A stretch of DNA of 64,000 nt from assembly GCA_963796965.1 (NCBI GenBank), contig CAWCNS010000007.1:608001-672000 (forward strand), read 5' to 3'. The stretch comes from Calditrichia bacterium. Lineage in GTDB: Bacteria > Calditrichota > Calditrichia > JAJRVZ01. Of the stretch, positions 1 through 10,982 are shown in pieces (position 1 is the stretch's first letter; each line of letters begins with the position of its first letter). Under the pieces are notes generated by a model. The model was not told where the DNA came from. It was given only the letters and a program-made list of their open reading frames with translations, and did not search any database. The translations under genes and the position numbers were made by a program.

Positions 1-48
1 AAACAAAGAATAAGTAAGGTTGAATATTTTAGAAGCGGGTTTTTCATT

Positions 49-648
49 TTATAGGATAAAATTTGATATACCAATGCCAATGAATATTCGATTTTGACTA
101 TCAATATTATCATTTGTAGAAGACATGAATCCATATTTGCCAAATAAACTGAAACCAAAATTACCAGTGACGTGATAGAATACACCAGCTCCAAAATCTA
201 AAACACCCCCATCATAATCATCTCCAACCAGGAATAAATAGTCAGCTAGGATGAAAGGTCGAAACCTGTCCTCCCCAAAATACATTTTCGCGATTGGACC
301 AATGAATGTTTGTTCAATTCTCACAGAGCTTTCTGATGATTTGTAATCTGTTTTCTGATTCAAATATGACACATCAAGTCCAAGAGAGATATTATCAACA
401 AAAAAGTATAAAAATACTGGCTCAATGAGGAATATCTGTTGAGTCATCTTCTCGTCATAGGTATAATTGGTTGTAAAGGAATTATAGGATAAGAAACCCG
501 AGATTTCTTTTGAACCGGATTTGGTAAGTAGAGCGGAATTAATGGCAGTCGTGACATCAGTGTAGATTCCCTTCAAATCATTTTCCTGGGCAACTAAATT
601 AAATGATGAAAATAATAGAATACATAAAAATGTGTTTAAAGTTTTCAT
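49..648 (-). CDS. outer-membrane beta-barrel protein
   Basis: 199-aa ORF with a signal peptide, amphipathic beta-strands rich in aromatics and Gly, and a C-terminal IGIGISNFIL barrel-type ending. Confidence 0.7.
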   Translation of the reverse strand: MKTLNTFLCILLFSSFNLVAQENDLKGIYTDVTTAINSALLTKSGSKEISGFLSYNSFTTNYTYDEKMTQQIFLIEPVFLYFFVDNISLGLDVSYLNQKTDYKSSESSVRIEQTFIGPIAKMYFGEDRFRPFILADYLFLVGDDYDGGVLDFGAGVFYHVTGNFGFSLFGKYGFMSSTNDNIDSQNRIFIGIGISNFIL

Positions 649-1048
649 TGAAATATTTCCCTTTTAGTTAATCACCATCTAAAACTGATTGAGCGTAATT
701 CTTACCAGATTTGCCTTCAATTACCTTGTGATATATTTCCTATGTTTTTATGGCCAACAAAATTCGTTCTTTCCTATTACACGTATTCCGCACATCCAAG
801 TCTAAAACATCGAACACATACGCCTAATAGGAATATATCGATAGAATAATTAATATGCTGATTTTTTCTTTGATGATTGAATTAAACCAGTCCCAAAATT
901 GCCTATCTCCTGTCGTTCATCCCCGCCTGATAAATAACATCCCCCTAACCCCCTTTATAAGGGGGAATAAATCACGCCGCCCCCATCGCAGATCCCATAT
1001 CCCATGTCTCATATCCCAAATCCAAAATCAAAAATTCAAAATTCCCGA

Positions 1049-1270
1049 TTAAAACGCCTCCATCCGGTCGGCCGGTAGATTTAATTCGCATTTTTTGCAG
1101 TCCAGTTTATAGCCTATCATGGATTCCCTTCCCGATTCTGATTCAACCCAGGGTCTGCTTATCAGGGGCGGATTATGTCGGACATGTTGATTGTGACCAC
1201 ATGATAATTCTGCCACCCAGTGATCCTCTTCATCTTTGTGATATCCGATAATAGAATGCTTCATACCCAT
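1049..1270 (-). CDS. DUF3565 family small protein
   Basis: IIGYHKDEEDHWVAELSCGHNQHVRHNPP...RPWV...LDCKKC matches the DUF3565 signature. Confidence 0.85.
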   Translation of the reverse strand: MGMKHSIIGYHKDEEDHWVAELSCGHNQHVRHNPPLISRPWVESESGRESMIGYKLDCKKCELNLPADRMEAF

Positions 1271-1504
1271 CTAACGGTTAGGGAAAAGTGGTCGGTCCGC
1301 TTGTCCAAAGGATCCCTTTAAAGAGCTTTTGTAAACAGACGATACACCCATTTGCACTTTTTAAAATCTTTGTATTTAAAATACATTTAATCTTAAAATA
1401 CAAATAAATTCACTTCTTAATTAAATAGACTGCGAAAAAAATAATTAGTCCGATGATAAAAGTTCCAGCTATAAATGTCGACTCATTCATTATATTCTCC
1501 CTAT

Positions 1505-1699
1505 TTATATCAAATTGACATGGATCCCAAGAGCCTCGGCAACTTCACGAGCCGTTTTCCCTGACTGATCAGCCAGGGAAACTGCCTGTCTTCTCAACTC
1601 TTCGGTGTATCGGTTTACTTTCTTCTTTGCCATGATGACCTCCTTCTACAAAAATAAGACTCCTTATAGGGGTGTGTCTACTTTTCATGGGTAGGTCCT
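1505..1699 (-). mobile_element. IS3-family remnant: left IR plus truncated orfA (HTH_Tnp_1)
   Basis: Minus strand 1633-1505 reads MAKKKVNRYTEELRRQAVSLADQSGKTAREVAEALGIHVNLI* after an AAGGAGG RBS. Upstream GGACCTACCCATGAAAAGTAGACA resembles an IS3 IRL. No orfB is present. Confidence 0.75.
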
Positions 1700-2003
1700 G
1701 CTTTTATAAATGTTAGAATATATATAAAAAACGACATGCTTTTTTTCAATTAGAAATATAATCACATTAAACTTTGGTTTATGATCCTAGTTTCTGCACA
1801 TAAAGATAAAAAAGACAAAGATCATCAAATACCTCAAAACCGCACACTTGTTCGATAATATAGTGCGTATTCGCACACCAATTCCTTTTTTAAACCCTGA
1901 TACCGGTCTTTTTTCAATTGGCATGATATTGGTTCCCTCTTTTACATAACAATCCAAAACACACTTTAATGGTGTAATTATGTAAAAAGAAAGGGGATCA
2001 TAT

Positions 2004-2706
2004 ATGGCCGTTAACTATTATCTACGTCAAAACAAGTTAGGGAAAGATGGAAAAACCTATATGGCAAACGTCATTTCCAGGGGTACATTTGAGCATGATT
2101 ATATTATTGAAGTGATGCTCACCAGGGGCTCCACCGTTACCAGGGCAGATATCCTCAGCGTGCTCTCCGATTATCATGATACGATTGAATCATTTTTACA
2201 AAACGGCTATAACGTAAAAACACCTTTAGCCAATTTCTCCTCCAGCATTAGGGGGATTTTTAACGATTACGGTGAATACTATCAAGAGGGACGCCATAAG
2301 ATTTATCCGGTCATCAATCCGGGGAAACGATTATTACGCTTCTATCGTGAGCGGATGAAGGCACATATTGTCCGACCCAATCAGAACATACCAAGACTGA
2401 ACAGTTTTACCGATATTGTAAGTGGTTCAAAAAGCAAATGGATCACACCAGGTAGTATGGCAGAGATTACGGGAAGCCTTCTCAAGATAGATAAAGAATC
2501 CGATACGTCCGGAATCTTTTTTATTAATCAAAAACATGAAAGAATAAAGGTAGACTGTTATAGGTATGAATACGCCATCACGGTTATTATTTATGATACC
2601 GGCTAATCTACCCGATGATACCTATACCCTGGAGATCCGCACCGTAATAAAAAACGTGGTTTGCAGTGGTCAACTATCAGGTTCCCTGTTCGTTCAGAAA
2701 GGATAA
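2004..2706 (+). CDS. HU-like DNA-binding domain plus DUF4469 (Ig-like) protein, frameshifted near 2557
   Basis: N-terminal RGSTVTRADILSVL...GYNVKTPLANFSSSIRGIF is HU-like. The other frame continues GMNTPSRLLFMIPANLPDDTYTLEIRT...KG* (stop at 2706), the usual DUF4469 ending. Confidence 0.8.
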
Positions 2707-2793
2707 CGCAATAAGGTGATCATATAACTACGTAACCATGCTCTATTTTACTACATGGTAATCCTATGTAGTATTATAATAGAAATCTATAAA

Positions 2794-2948
2794 CCGTATA
2801 CTCGGTTTTACGTAAAACGAACTTCGGTAGGGTCCAATCCGAACTTCGGTACGGCCAAGACCGAACTTCGGATCATACTAGTACGAACTTCGGTCTACAC
2901 CACACCGAGGCTCGTTTTATACCAATACGAAGTTCGGTTTAGTGAATA
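2794..2948. repeat. 22-bp-period array of the palindrome (C/A)CGAACTTCGG with variable 11-bp linkers
   Basis: CGAACTTCGG at 2818, 2840, 2862 and 2884; variants CGAGGCTCGT at 2906 and CGAAGTTCGG at 2928; a degenerate in-phase copy ends at 2805. Confidence 0.9.
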
Positions 2949-3126
2949 TAATAGTAGTTTTAAACAGAATACATACGTAGTAAAAGATATGGTGATACTA
3001 TAGTCCCTCTTTCGTCTTCATTTAGTGCTTTTATTGCCAAAGCCTGATGTAGATCTAATCCAGTTCGAAGAACAAGTTTTCCGGAATATTTCTTATTGGT
3101 GGGGATTGGTAATTAGCATCCTTGTT

Positions 3127-5738
3127 TTATTTAATTCTGAATGTTTGTTTCAATAGAACATTTCTTGATGAATTACCAACTAAAACATCAAATTCACCAG
3201 GCTCAACAACCCAGGATTTTGAATCAACATCGTAAAAAGATAACGCCGACCGATCAATTTTCATTGAAACCGTTTTGCTCTTTCCGGCTTTTAAACTGAC
3301 TCTTGCAAATCCTTTTAGCGATTTTATTTCTCTTTCAACACGTGCCTCTTTATCACTTATATAAATCTGCACAATTTCATCGCCTTCAACGTTACCCGTA
3401 TTCTTCACTGTTACGTCAATAATCAGAGAATCTTTTTCTGTCATTTCGCTTTTACTCAGTTTTAGATCGCTAAAATTAAAAGTTGTGTAGGATAGCCCAA
3501 AACCAAATGGGAATAAAGGTTCGATGTTTTCTTTATCGAAATGACGATAACCAACAAAAATCCCTTCTTTATATATCGCTTTTTCTCTTACACCGGGATA
3601 TGTTCCATAAGCCGGTGAATCTTCCCATCTTTTAAGAAAGGTAATAGGCAATTTCCCGGAAGGATTAACCATTCCGAACAGAATTTCAGCCAATGCATTA
3701 CCACCTTCCTGACCGGGATAAAAGGCATCTATTATAGCAGGAACATCATCCACCCATTCATGCATGGTTATTGCTGAACCATTATTTAATACAACAACTG
3801 TATTTTTATTTACAGCGACCACTTTTTTAAGGAGCGTCAATTGGTTGTCATTCAATCCAAGTTCCGTACGATCATTTGCTTCACCTTCCATTTTCTTGTT
3901 TAAACCGAGGGTTAATATGACAACGTCAGAATTACGGGCTAATAATAATGCTTCGTTTATTTTGCTCGTATCAGGAGAATAAGGTTCAAAGCCAAAGGAA
4001 CAGTGAGCCGTACCGGTTTCTTCATAGAACTCAACACGGATTTTATACCTATGGCCTGCTTTAAATTTAAATAGCGTCGATTTCAGTTGACCAGGAAGAC
4101 CATCTAACCAGTTATCCAAAACCTTTTTCTCATCTAAATAAAGTTTAAAACCGTTGTTTGAAAGAAAGCCAATTTCATAAATCCCCTCACCCGGTGATTT
4201 AAAAAATCCGGTCCAACGGGCCGACCAGTTATCCGGATTTATGATACCTGTCTTTGGAGATCCCTTATCATCATCCTTATTCTTACCTACAAGATATGCT
4301 GCATCAGATTCAGCTCTCGTTGCCGGATCCCAGTTGAAATCAATATTTTTTTCAATCCGGGTTAATGCTGGTTCCCCATCTAAATTAATACTGTTAAAAT
4401 AGTGTGCTTTAATACCTGGTTTTCCATCTTCAAGCATAAAATATTCAGGCCCGGCAATCGGCAACGATGTTTTCTTTTCCGGAACTCCTCTGGCAAAGCC
4501 TACCTTTATATTTTTTCCAACCTGATTGACAATTCCCTCATAAGGCGAGATACCATAATTCCCTTCAAGATCGCCACTTCCGCCGGCTGTCATTCTTGCG
4601 ACATCACCATTTGGACCAATAACCGCAATGGATTTAATTTTATCCTTTTGAAGAGGTAAAAAATTGTTTTCATTCTTCAAAAGAACAATACTTTTACGTG
4701 CCGCTTCCCTGGCCAGGGCATTTCTCTCGGGTGTATTTGAATGGCCACCGTAACTATCTGCTGACGCGTCAAATAGCCCCGCTTTAAACATCGCCTCAAG
4801 GATTCGACGAACTTTGTCATTTATAATGTTTTCCTCTATCTCGCCAGTATTAACGGCATTTAAAAGTTTATCACCATAAAATTTAGCATAAGGCATTTCC
4901 AGGTCTAAGCCGGCTTTTGCCATTTTCACTGTTGAATGGGTTCCATTCCAATCAGATACGACGAATCCCCTAAATCCCCATTCGTTTTTCAATACATCCG
5001 TCAGCAGATATTTGTTTTCTGCTCCATAATCTCCATTTATTTTGTTATAGGATGTCATTATCGACCAGGTGTCGGCTTCCTTGACCGCCGCTTTCATTGA
5101 AGGTAAATAGATTTCCCGCAAACTACGCTCATCAACCTGAGCATCTACACTACTACGATTCCACTCCTGGTTATTCGCTGTCATTACTTTGGTGCAGGCA
5201 ATCACATTTTTACTTTGCACTCCCTTAACGTAAGCTACGGTCATTCTTGATGACAGGTAAGGATCCTCACTAAATACTTCAAAGGATCTTCCATAATGCG
5301 GAAGGCGAATGATGTTAATCATTGGGGCAAGGAGCATGTTTCTTCCCATTACCCGTGTTTCCTCACCGATACTTTCTGCTACACGTCGCATGAGATCGGT
5401 GTCAAAAGAGGCAGCCAAATTGATCATAGCCGAGTAATTTGTCGACTGTTTGCGAACGGTTGGTCCCAACGGCCCATCTGTCATAAGAATTTTTGGAATA
5501 CCCAGACGTATATTTTCTTTTGTATTCATATTTTCACCACCGAGCATCGCTACTTTTTCCTCTAAGGTCATGCGCGACAATAAATCTGATGCCCTTGCTT
5601 CAACGGACTGTGAATAATCCTTATAAGCAGGAATCTTTTCTATATTCTGGCAAAAAACCTGGACCTTGGGGAATCCTATGATCAGCAGGACAACCCAGGA
5701 AAATGCTAGTGCATATTGCTATATTTACTGTATATCAT
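3127..5738 (-). CDS. GH3 beta-glucosidase with PA14 insert and Fn3-like C-terminus
   Basis: MTLEEK start, TDGPLG, GRSFEVFSEDP, VVSDW nucleophile, YPGQEGG and PLFPFGFGLSYT motifs. The frame stays open upstream of 5580 through a signal-peptide-like stretch; the true start (~5738-5752) needs an indel. Confidence 0.9.
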
Positions 5739-6122
5739 TTTTTATATACCATACTTCATTTATACACAATCAACTATTAATTAAAGGTGAGTTAAGCGTA
5801 TCATATGGTGGTTTTTACCACATTATATGAGGCGTAAAACATGATGGATGTCATCCCCCACGTGCTATTAAATCTATAGAACCGCGGATAACACGGATCT
5901 CCGCGGATAATTAATAAATACTATATTAATCAAATTAAAGTACAAAATCAGTCACGCTGAACTTGCCTGCCCTGAATATAATTCAGGGTTTCAACATCTC
6001 ATATTCTCATTTTTAGAACCCGAAGTAAGCCTGTCCAGCGGATATCAAGCGAAAAGTAGGGACGACTAAAGGAAAATGGAAAATAATTCTCACACTTCTC
6101 CCGAGAACTTATTAACAAATAT

Positions 6123-6263
6123 CTCACGCAAAGGCGCTAAGACGCGAAGAAATAATTGCTTAGAGAAGTTATTTATAGAGTAAATTTAACTATTAATTCC
6201 GTTTAAATTATCTTTCTAAAATATTCAAAAATAAATCTTTGCGTCTTGGCGTCTTAGCGAGAG
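6123..6263. repeat. palindromic intergenic repeat family B (CGCAAAGGCGCTAAGACGC...GCGTCTTGGCGTCTTAGCG)
   Basis: Inverted arms around an AT-rich spacer; related copies near 44135-44292, 48113-48186, 54860-54892, 34390 and 31414. Confidence 0.8.
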
Positions 6264-6406
6264 ATGAATTATTCAGGTTAACTAATTTTTCTTGATATGG
6301 CTTTGCATCATCTCCTAATTTACCTGAAAGGATTAAAACAACTCCGGAAGGGTGGAGGGCAGAAATATCTCACGCTGCGCCGCGCCGAGGCAGCGAAAAA
6401 TAATAT

Positions 6407-9385
6407 CTATTTATGAAACAAAACAGATGCAGGTATAACCTCTTTTCTAATACCCGGGCCTTTCCAACTTACCGTATTGGAAAATCCGCCGCCCATTTGA
6501 AAATACTTTTCGCCAATTTTATAAATACCTGCTTTTAAGGCTACCATTCGAGATAACGGTGTAGCCGTCCCTGGTCCATCTTTATCAATAAATCTTTTTC
6601 CATCCATATAAAGGACGCCACCATCATTGGTTGATAGAAAAAATGTATAGACGCCATCTCTTGGGATTTTTATATAACCGGAAAATACAAATCCAAAGAG
6701 ACCGTCATTTTCGCGCTCTTCAATATTAAAATAAGGGGTGATACCCGTTTTTTTGGGTTGAAATGTATTAAATTCGTCTACATATAAGACATCTTCTTCG
6801 TAATATTGATATTTTAATCCGGGCTTGAATTGCCCCCCCTCATAATTCTTAAAATGTGTAAAATCAATTTTCTCTAATTTTTCTATTATTACCTTTACAT
6901 TAGTGCTTGGAAGTAATCTATCCTTTTTTGCGAAAAATTCCAAGCGGGTTGTTTTATCCAATTGGAAGGGATTTGTATAAAGATTCGAATTTTCTGTTGC
7001 CCTGCTTCCATCGGTTGTGTAGTAGATCTTTGCGCCTTCTGTGGCAGTTCCAAGCGTGATTGTCGCCTTATCAAAAAAGTAATTTTCTTTCACCTTATAG
7101 TAGGGCATCGATACTGCCGGGACAAATTCTTTGGTTGCCGGTCTGTCCTCTTTTGATGTTCCCCAATCGTAATTTGGATTTTCACCCATCTGAAAACTTA
7201 ATTCCCCACCCTTGACGATCTCCTGGTGAGCAAACCATGATTTTGTATAAGACCTGCCATTGAGTTTGGCTGATTGAATATATTTGTTTGTCTCGGATAC
7301 ATTATTAGCCCGAACGACAAACTTCTTTCCATTTTCAAGATTGATTATAACTTTTTCAAATAGGGGGCTTCCAATAACATAAGATGGCTCACCGGGCAGA
7401 ACGGGATAAAATCCCATCGCGCTCATGATATACCAGGCTGATATTTGTCCGCAATCTTCGTTTCCACTCAGCCCCTCCGGTGTGTCATCATAGAGTGAAC
7501 CAAGAATTTCTCTGACATATTTTTGCGTCTTCGGCGCTTCTCCTGAGAAATTATAGAGATAGGCAATATGGTGACTGGGTTCGTTTCCATGCGCGTATTG
7601 CCCTATTAACCCGGCAGCATCCACCACATTTTTATCAAACTCACTTTGATGAGAAAATAGCGTATCTAACCAGGCATTAAACTTGTCTTCGCCACCAATT
7701 AAATGGATCAATCCCGTCACATCATGAGGGACGAAAGCACTATATTGAAAGGCATTCCCTTCCACATAATGCCCGCTTGGTTCTGCCGGATCAAATGGGG
7801 TGACCCAGCTGTAATCCTTGTTTTTCGGGCGCATGAAACCAGTCGAGGGATCAAACAAATTTGTATAAAACCGGGCACGCTGTTGATATAGCAGGTAATC
7901 ATCATTTTTATTCAGATTTTTTGCCATTTCGGCCACACACCAATGATTGTAAGCATATTCCATGGCAATGGCGACAGAGCCCCCGGTTCCTTCAATATCG
8001 GCCGGAATAAAGCCCAAATTATTGAAGTAATCAATCTCTTCCATGGACTTTTTCATTCCCTCGTAGGCCAATGCGACATCATAATCCTGAATTCCTTTGT
8101 TGTAAGCATCTAATATAAGCGGAAGTGCATGATTGCCAATCATATTCCCTGACAAATGCCCGTTGATTTCCCAACGCGGCAATCTGCCGGCAATCCTGTA
8201 CATTTGGAGCGCTGCTTTAATCCAATCGTTTGTTCGTGATGGCGAAAGAATGGTGAAAAGAGGTAAATGTGTTCTAAATACATCCCACAGCGAATAGATG
8301 GTATAATTGGTGAAGTCAGTAGCCTGATGCACTTTTTTATCCACGCCCCGAAAACGCCCATCCACATCCATAAACAAGTTTGGCGCTAAGGCAGCGTGGT
8401 ACATGGACGTATAAAAAATACGCCGTTCTTTTTCTGTGCCGCCTTCCACTTCAATTTTTGACAGCTGTTTATTCCAGGCATTCCTGGCCTTTTCTTTTAT
8501 TTTAGAAAAATCCCAACCGGCATTTTCAGCTTCCAAATTCAACTTAGCCCCCTCAACACTAACCGCTGAAATGCCAACTTTAACTAAAATCTGTTCATCT
8601 TTTTTGGTATTAAAACGAACAAAGGCTTTAATATTAATGCCTTGGGCTTTGCTTGTGCCAGCCATAAGTTTATCATCAACGGCAATTCCCGAACTTTTAA
8701 AAGGCTTTGAAAATTTTGCATAGAAATAGACATACTGATCGGCACACCATCCGGTAGAGCGTCGTAAACCCGTCATCACAGAATCATTTACAATCTGAAT
8801 ATTTGATTCAATGACTTTATCCCTGTGTTTTAAATCAATAATAATATTTGACGCTTCCGATTGAGGGAAGGTATAACAATGAAATCCGGTACGTTCTGTT
8901 ACGGTTAACTCAGCCTTTACATTATAATCATTCAACAGAACTTTGTAATAACCCGGTGATGCCTCTTCATTTTCATGGTTAAAAGCCGAACGATAACCCG
9001 TTTTGGTATTCTCCTCATCGCCGGGGATAATCTGAACCTCGCCAACGGTTGGCATGAATAGCACATCACAAAATTCAGGTGAGCCGGTTCCGCTGATATG
9101 AATGTGACTAAACCCGAGGATGGTTTTATCAGAATAGTGGTAACCGGAAGAACCATCCCAATTTTCCATTCGTGTATCCGGACTTAATTGAACCATACCA
9201 AATGGCGTGGTTGCGCCGGGATACGTATGCCCATGCTCACCGGTTCCAATAAATGGATTAACATAGGGCGTATAATCTTTGTTTGTAGTTTGTGGATTAT
9301 TTTCGTTTTTTTCTGAACAACCAACGTTTAAAAACGATAAAAAAGCCACTAAAATAACGAGGTAATATAATTTCATAATTTCCAT
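6407..9385 (-). CDS. GH92 alpha-mannosidase lipoprotein with FN3-associated and PA14 domains
   Basis: YVNPFIGT, PGATTPFGMVQLSPDT, YVEGNAFQY, GQYAHGNEPSHH and GNEDCGQISAWY motifs; lipobox VGC. Confidence 0.95.
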   Translation of the reverse strand: MEIMKLYYLVILVAFLSFLNVGCSEKNENNPQTTNKDYTPYVNPFIGTGEHGHTYPGATTPFGMVQLSPDTRMENWDGSSGYHYSDKTILGFSHIHISGTGSPEFCDVLFMPTVGEVQIIPGDEENTKTGYRSAFNHENEEASPGYYKVLLNDYNVKAELTVTERTGFHCYTFPQSEASNIIIDLKHRDKVIESNIQIVNDSVMTGLRRSTGWCADQYVYFYAKFSKPFKSSGIAVDDKLMAGTSKAQGINIKAFVRFNTKKDEQILVKVGISAVSVEGAKLNLEAENAGWDFSKIKEKARNAWNKQLSKIEVEGGTEKERRIFYTSMYHAALAPNLFMDVDGRFRGVDKKVHQATDFTNYTIYSLWDVFRTHLPLFTILSPSRTNDWIKAALQMYRIAGRLPRWEINGHLSGNMIGNHALPLILDAYNKGIQDYDVALAYEGMKKSMEEIDYFNNLGFIPADIEGTGGSVAIAMEYAYNHWCVAEMAKNLNKNDDYLLYQQRARFYTNLFDPSTGFMRPKNKDYSWVTPFDPAEPSGHYVEGNAFQYSAFVPHDVTGLIHLIGGEDKFNAWLDTLFSHQSEFDKNVVDAAGLIGQYAHGNEPSHHIAYLYNFSGEAPKTQKYVREILGSLYDDTPEGLSGNEDCGQISAWYIMSAMGFYPVLPGEPSYVIGSPLFEKVIINLENGKKFVVRANNVSETNKYIQSAKLNGRSYTKSWFAHQEIVKGGELSFQMGENPNYDWGTSKEDRPATKEFVPAVSMPYYKVKENYFFDKATITLGTATEGAKIYYTTDGSRATENSNLYTNPFQLDKTTRLEFFAKKDRLLPSTNVKVIIEKLEKIDFTHFKNYEGGQFKPGLKYQYYEEDVLYVDEFNTFQPKKTGITPYFNIEERENDGLFGFVFSGYIKIPRDGVYTFFLSTNDGGVLYMDGKRFIDKDGPGTATPLSRMVALKAGIYKIGEKYFQMGGGFSNTVSWKGPGIRKEVIPASVLFHK

Positions 9386-9694
9386 CTGGTTCGATTAGTC
9401 TGATCTATTCATAAAAAATTAATGTCTAAGAGTGTAAGTAACATATAATCACCAATTTAATTCCCCCTTAGCAGAGGTGCCTGCAATATCGGTTAAGTTA
9501 CACAATCTTTAGGAAGCATGGACCTGTCTCCCCTTTGAGAGAGGGGGGAATTAAAACACTCTGATTTTGCCTGCTCGGATAGATAATCTCATATTTTTAT
9601 TATGATTATCTAAACTGCAACAGCCACAGGGTAGTCCCATAGGACGGGATTAATCTCCTTTTATAGGGGGAACCTATCTCATATGTCATCCTTT

Positions 9695-10570
9695 TTATTC
9701 TTCTATTTCAATAGAATAACAAGCATTAAAATTCTCTTTTGGCTGAAGAGTGATCAATCCTTCTTTTGTTTCAAAATTTCTGTTCGTATCAAAACTATCG
9801 GCAATTCCAATCCAGGGTTCAATGCAAACATAATCTGCAGCGGGCTTGGCCCAAATACCCAAATAAGGGAAACCGTTAAAACTCACCGAAAGAACCTGTC
9901 CCGACCTTCTACTTTTTAAACTTACTTTTGTTGACTTTAAATCCTTAAAAACCAAGGCGTCATCATTGAAAAGATCTGGATGTAATTTAATAATTTTGGG
10001 CTCATCAAAAACCGGAAACGTCTCTTTTCCAATCAAACCATCTTTTTGCACACGCCATGTTTGGGACGTTTCAGGCTGTTCAAATTCAAGATAATAATCG
10101 TCGTAGGTTTCATCCTCATTCATCGGACATTTAAACCCGGGATGTCCGCCCAGTGAAAACAACATCGGCCCCTCTCCATGGTTAACGATCATATGTTCAA
10201 CTAAAACTTTATTCTCTTCAAGTCTATAGGTAATATTGAATTCGAACTTAAAAGGATAGATTTCAAGGGATTCTTTACTATACATTAACCTGAAAGCAAG
10301 GCTATTTTCAGTCTTTTCTACCAGCACTACATTTCTATTATTTCTAACAAAACCATGTTTCGGGCATTTGTACTCCTGGCCCTTATACAAGAAGCCGTTA
10401 TCTTTTAAGCATCCTATAACCGGGAACAAATTGGGTGCCTGCGAATTCCAGACGTCAGGATTTCCATCCCAGACATATTCTTTACCACTTTTGACTGATT
10501 TGATGCTGGATAATTCAGCACCAATTTCCTTAACTGAAACCTTAAAAAACTCGTTTTTTATTGAATGCAT
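9695..10570 (-). CDS. aldose 1-epimerase family protein (LacX-like)
   Basis: GAELSSI, APNLFPVIG, KHGFVRN, GGHPGF and YVCIEPW motifs; ATG at 10570 follows an AAGGGA RBS. Confidence 0.9.
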   Translation of the reverse strand: MHSIKNEFFKVSVKEIGAELSSIKSVKSGKEYVWDGNPDVWNSQAPNLFPVIGCLKDNGFLYKGQEYKCPKHGFVRNNRNVVLVEKTENSLAFRLMYSKESLEIYPFKFEFNITYRLEENKVLVEHMIVNHGEGPMLFSLGGHPGFKCPMNEDETYDDYYLEFEQPETSQTWRVQKDGLIGKETFPVFDEPKIIKLHPDLFNDDALVFKDLKSTKVSLKSRRSGQVLSVSFNGFPYLGIWAKPAADYVCIEPWIGIADSFDTNRNFETKEGLITLQPKENFNACYSIEIEE

Positions 10571-10982
10571 ATTATCCCTTAAGTTAGTTTGTTGAAACAT
10601 TAAATGATATTACGAAATCTTTTTAAAAATTCCATCTAAATATCGGAAAAGACATTACTACTCCAGAATATACAAGAAAACCAAAATCTATAAATAATTT
10701 GAGTTCATGGTATTGATCATTGGAATGAATACATCTTCACGGATGAAGTTTATGATTCTGCTAACCTGTAGGACTGTTCTTATAAACTGGAAAGTTGAAA
10801 TTATAGAACGATGTCAGCGATGGATGGCATCGGTAGCGGATTCCGTTGAATGCAGTAACACTACAAAAGCTACAGTTTAAGGGACAACCGCTAAAGTTTC
10901 TTTATTTTAGAAAACTATTATTGTTTAATGATACTATTTCAATTCGATCAATTAACGGTAGAAATATTTTTTATTTGTCTGA

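Noticed and set aside
855..1052. 65-aa ORF, and the many short antisense or overlapping ORFs in the track
   Set aside because: This one is made of repeat family D and 7-mer runs; the others lie opposite or inside well-supported genes and show no motifs.
1918..1935. Sigma-54 promoter TTGGCATGATATTGGT upstream of the HU-like gene
   Set aside because: The -12 position reads GT instead of the conserved GC; not supportable.
2794..2948. 22-bp array as a CRISPR array
   Set aside because: Repeat and spacer are each only ~11 bp, far below CRISPR sizes, and there are no cas genes in the window.
2755..3003. 82-aa ORF over the array
   Set aside because: The 22-bp period is not a multiple of 3, there is no RBS and the translation is not protein-like; a chance ORF.
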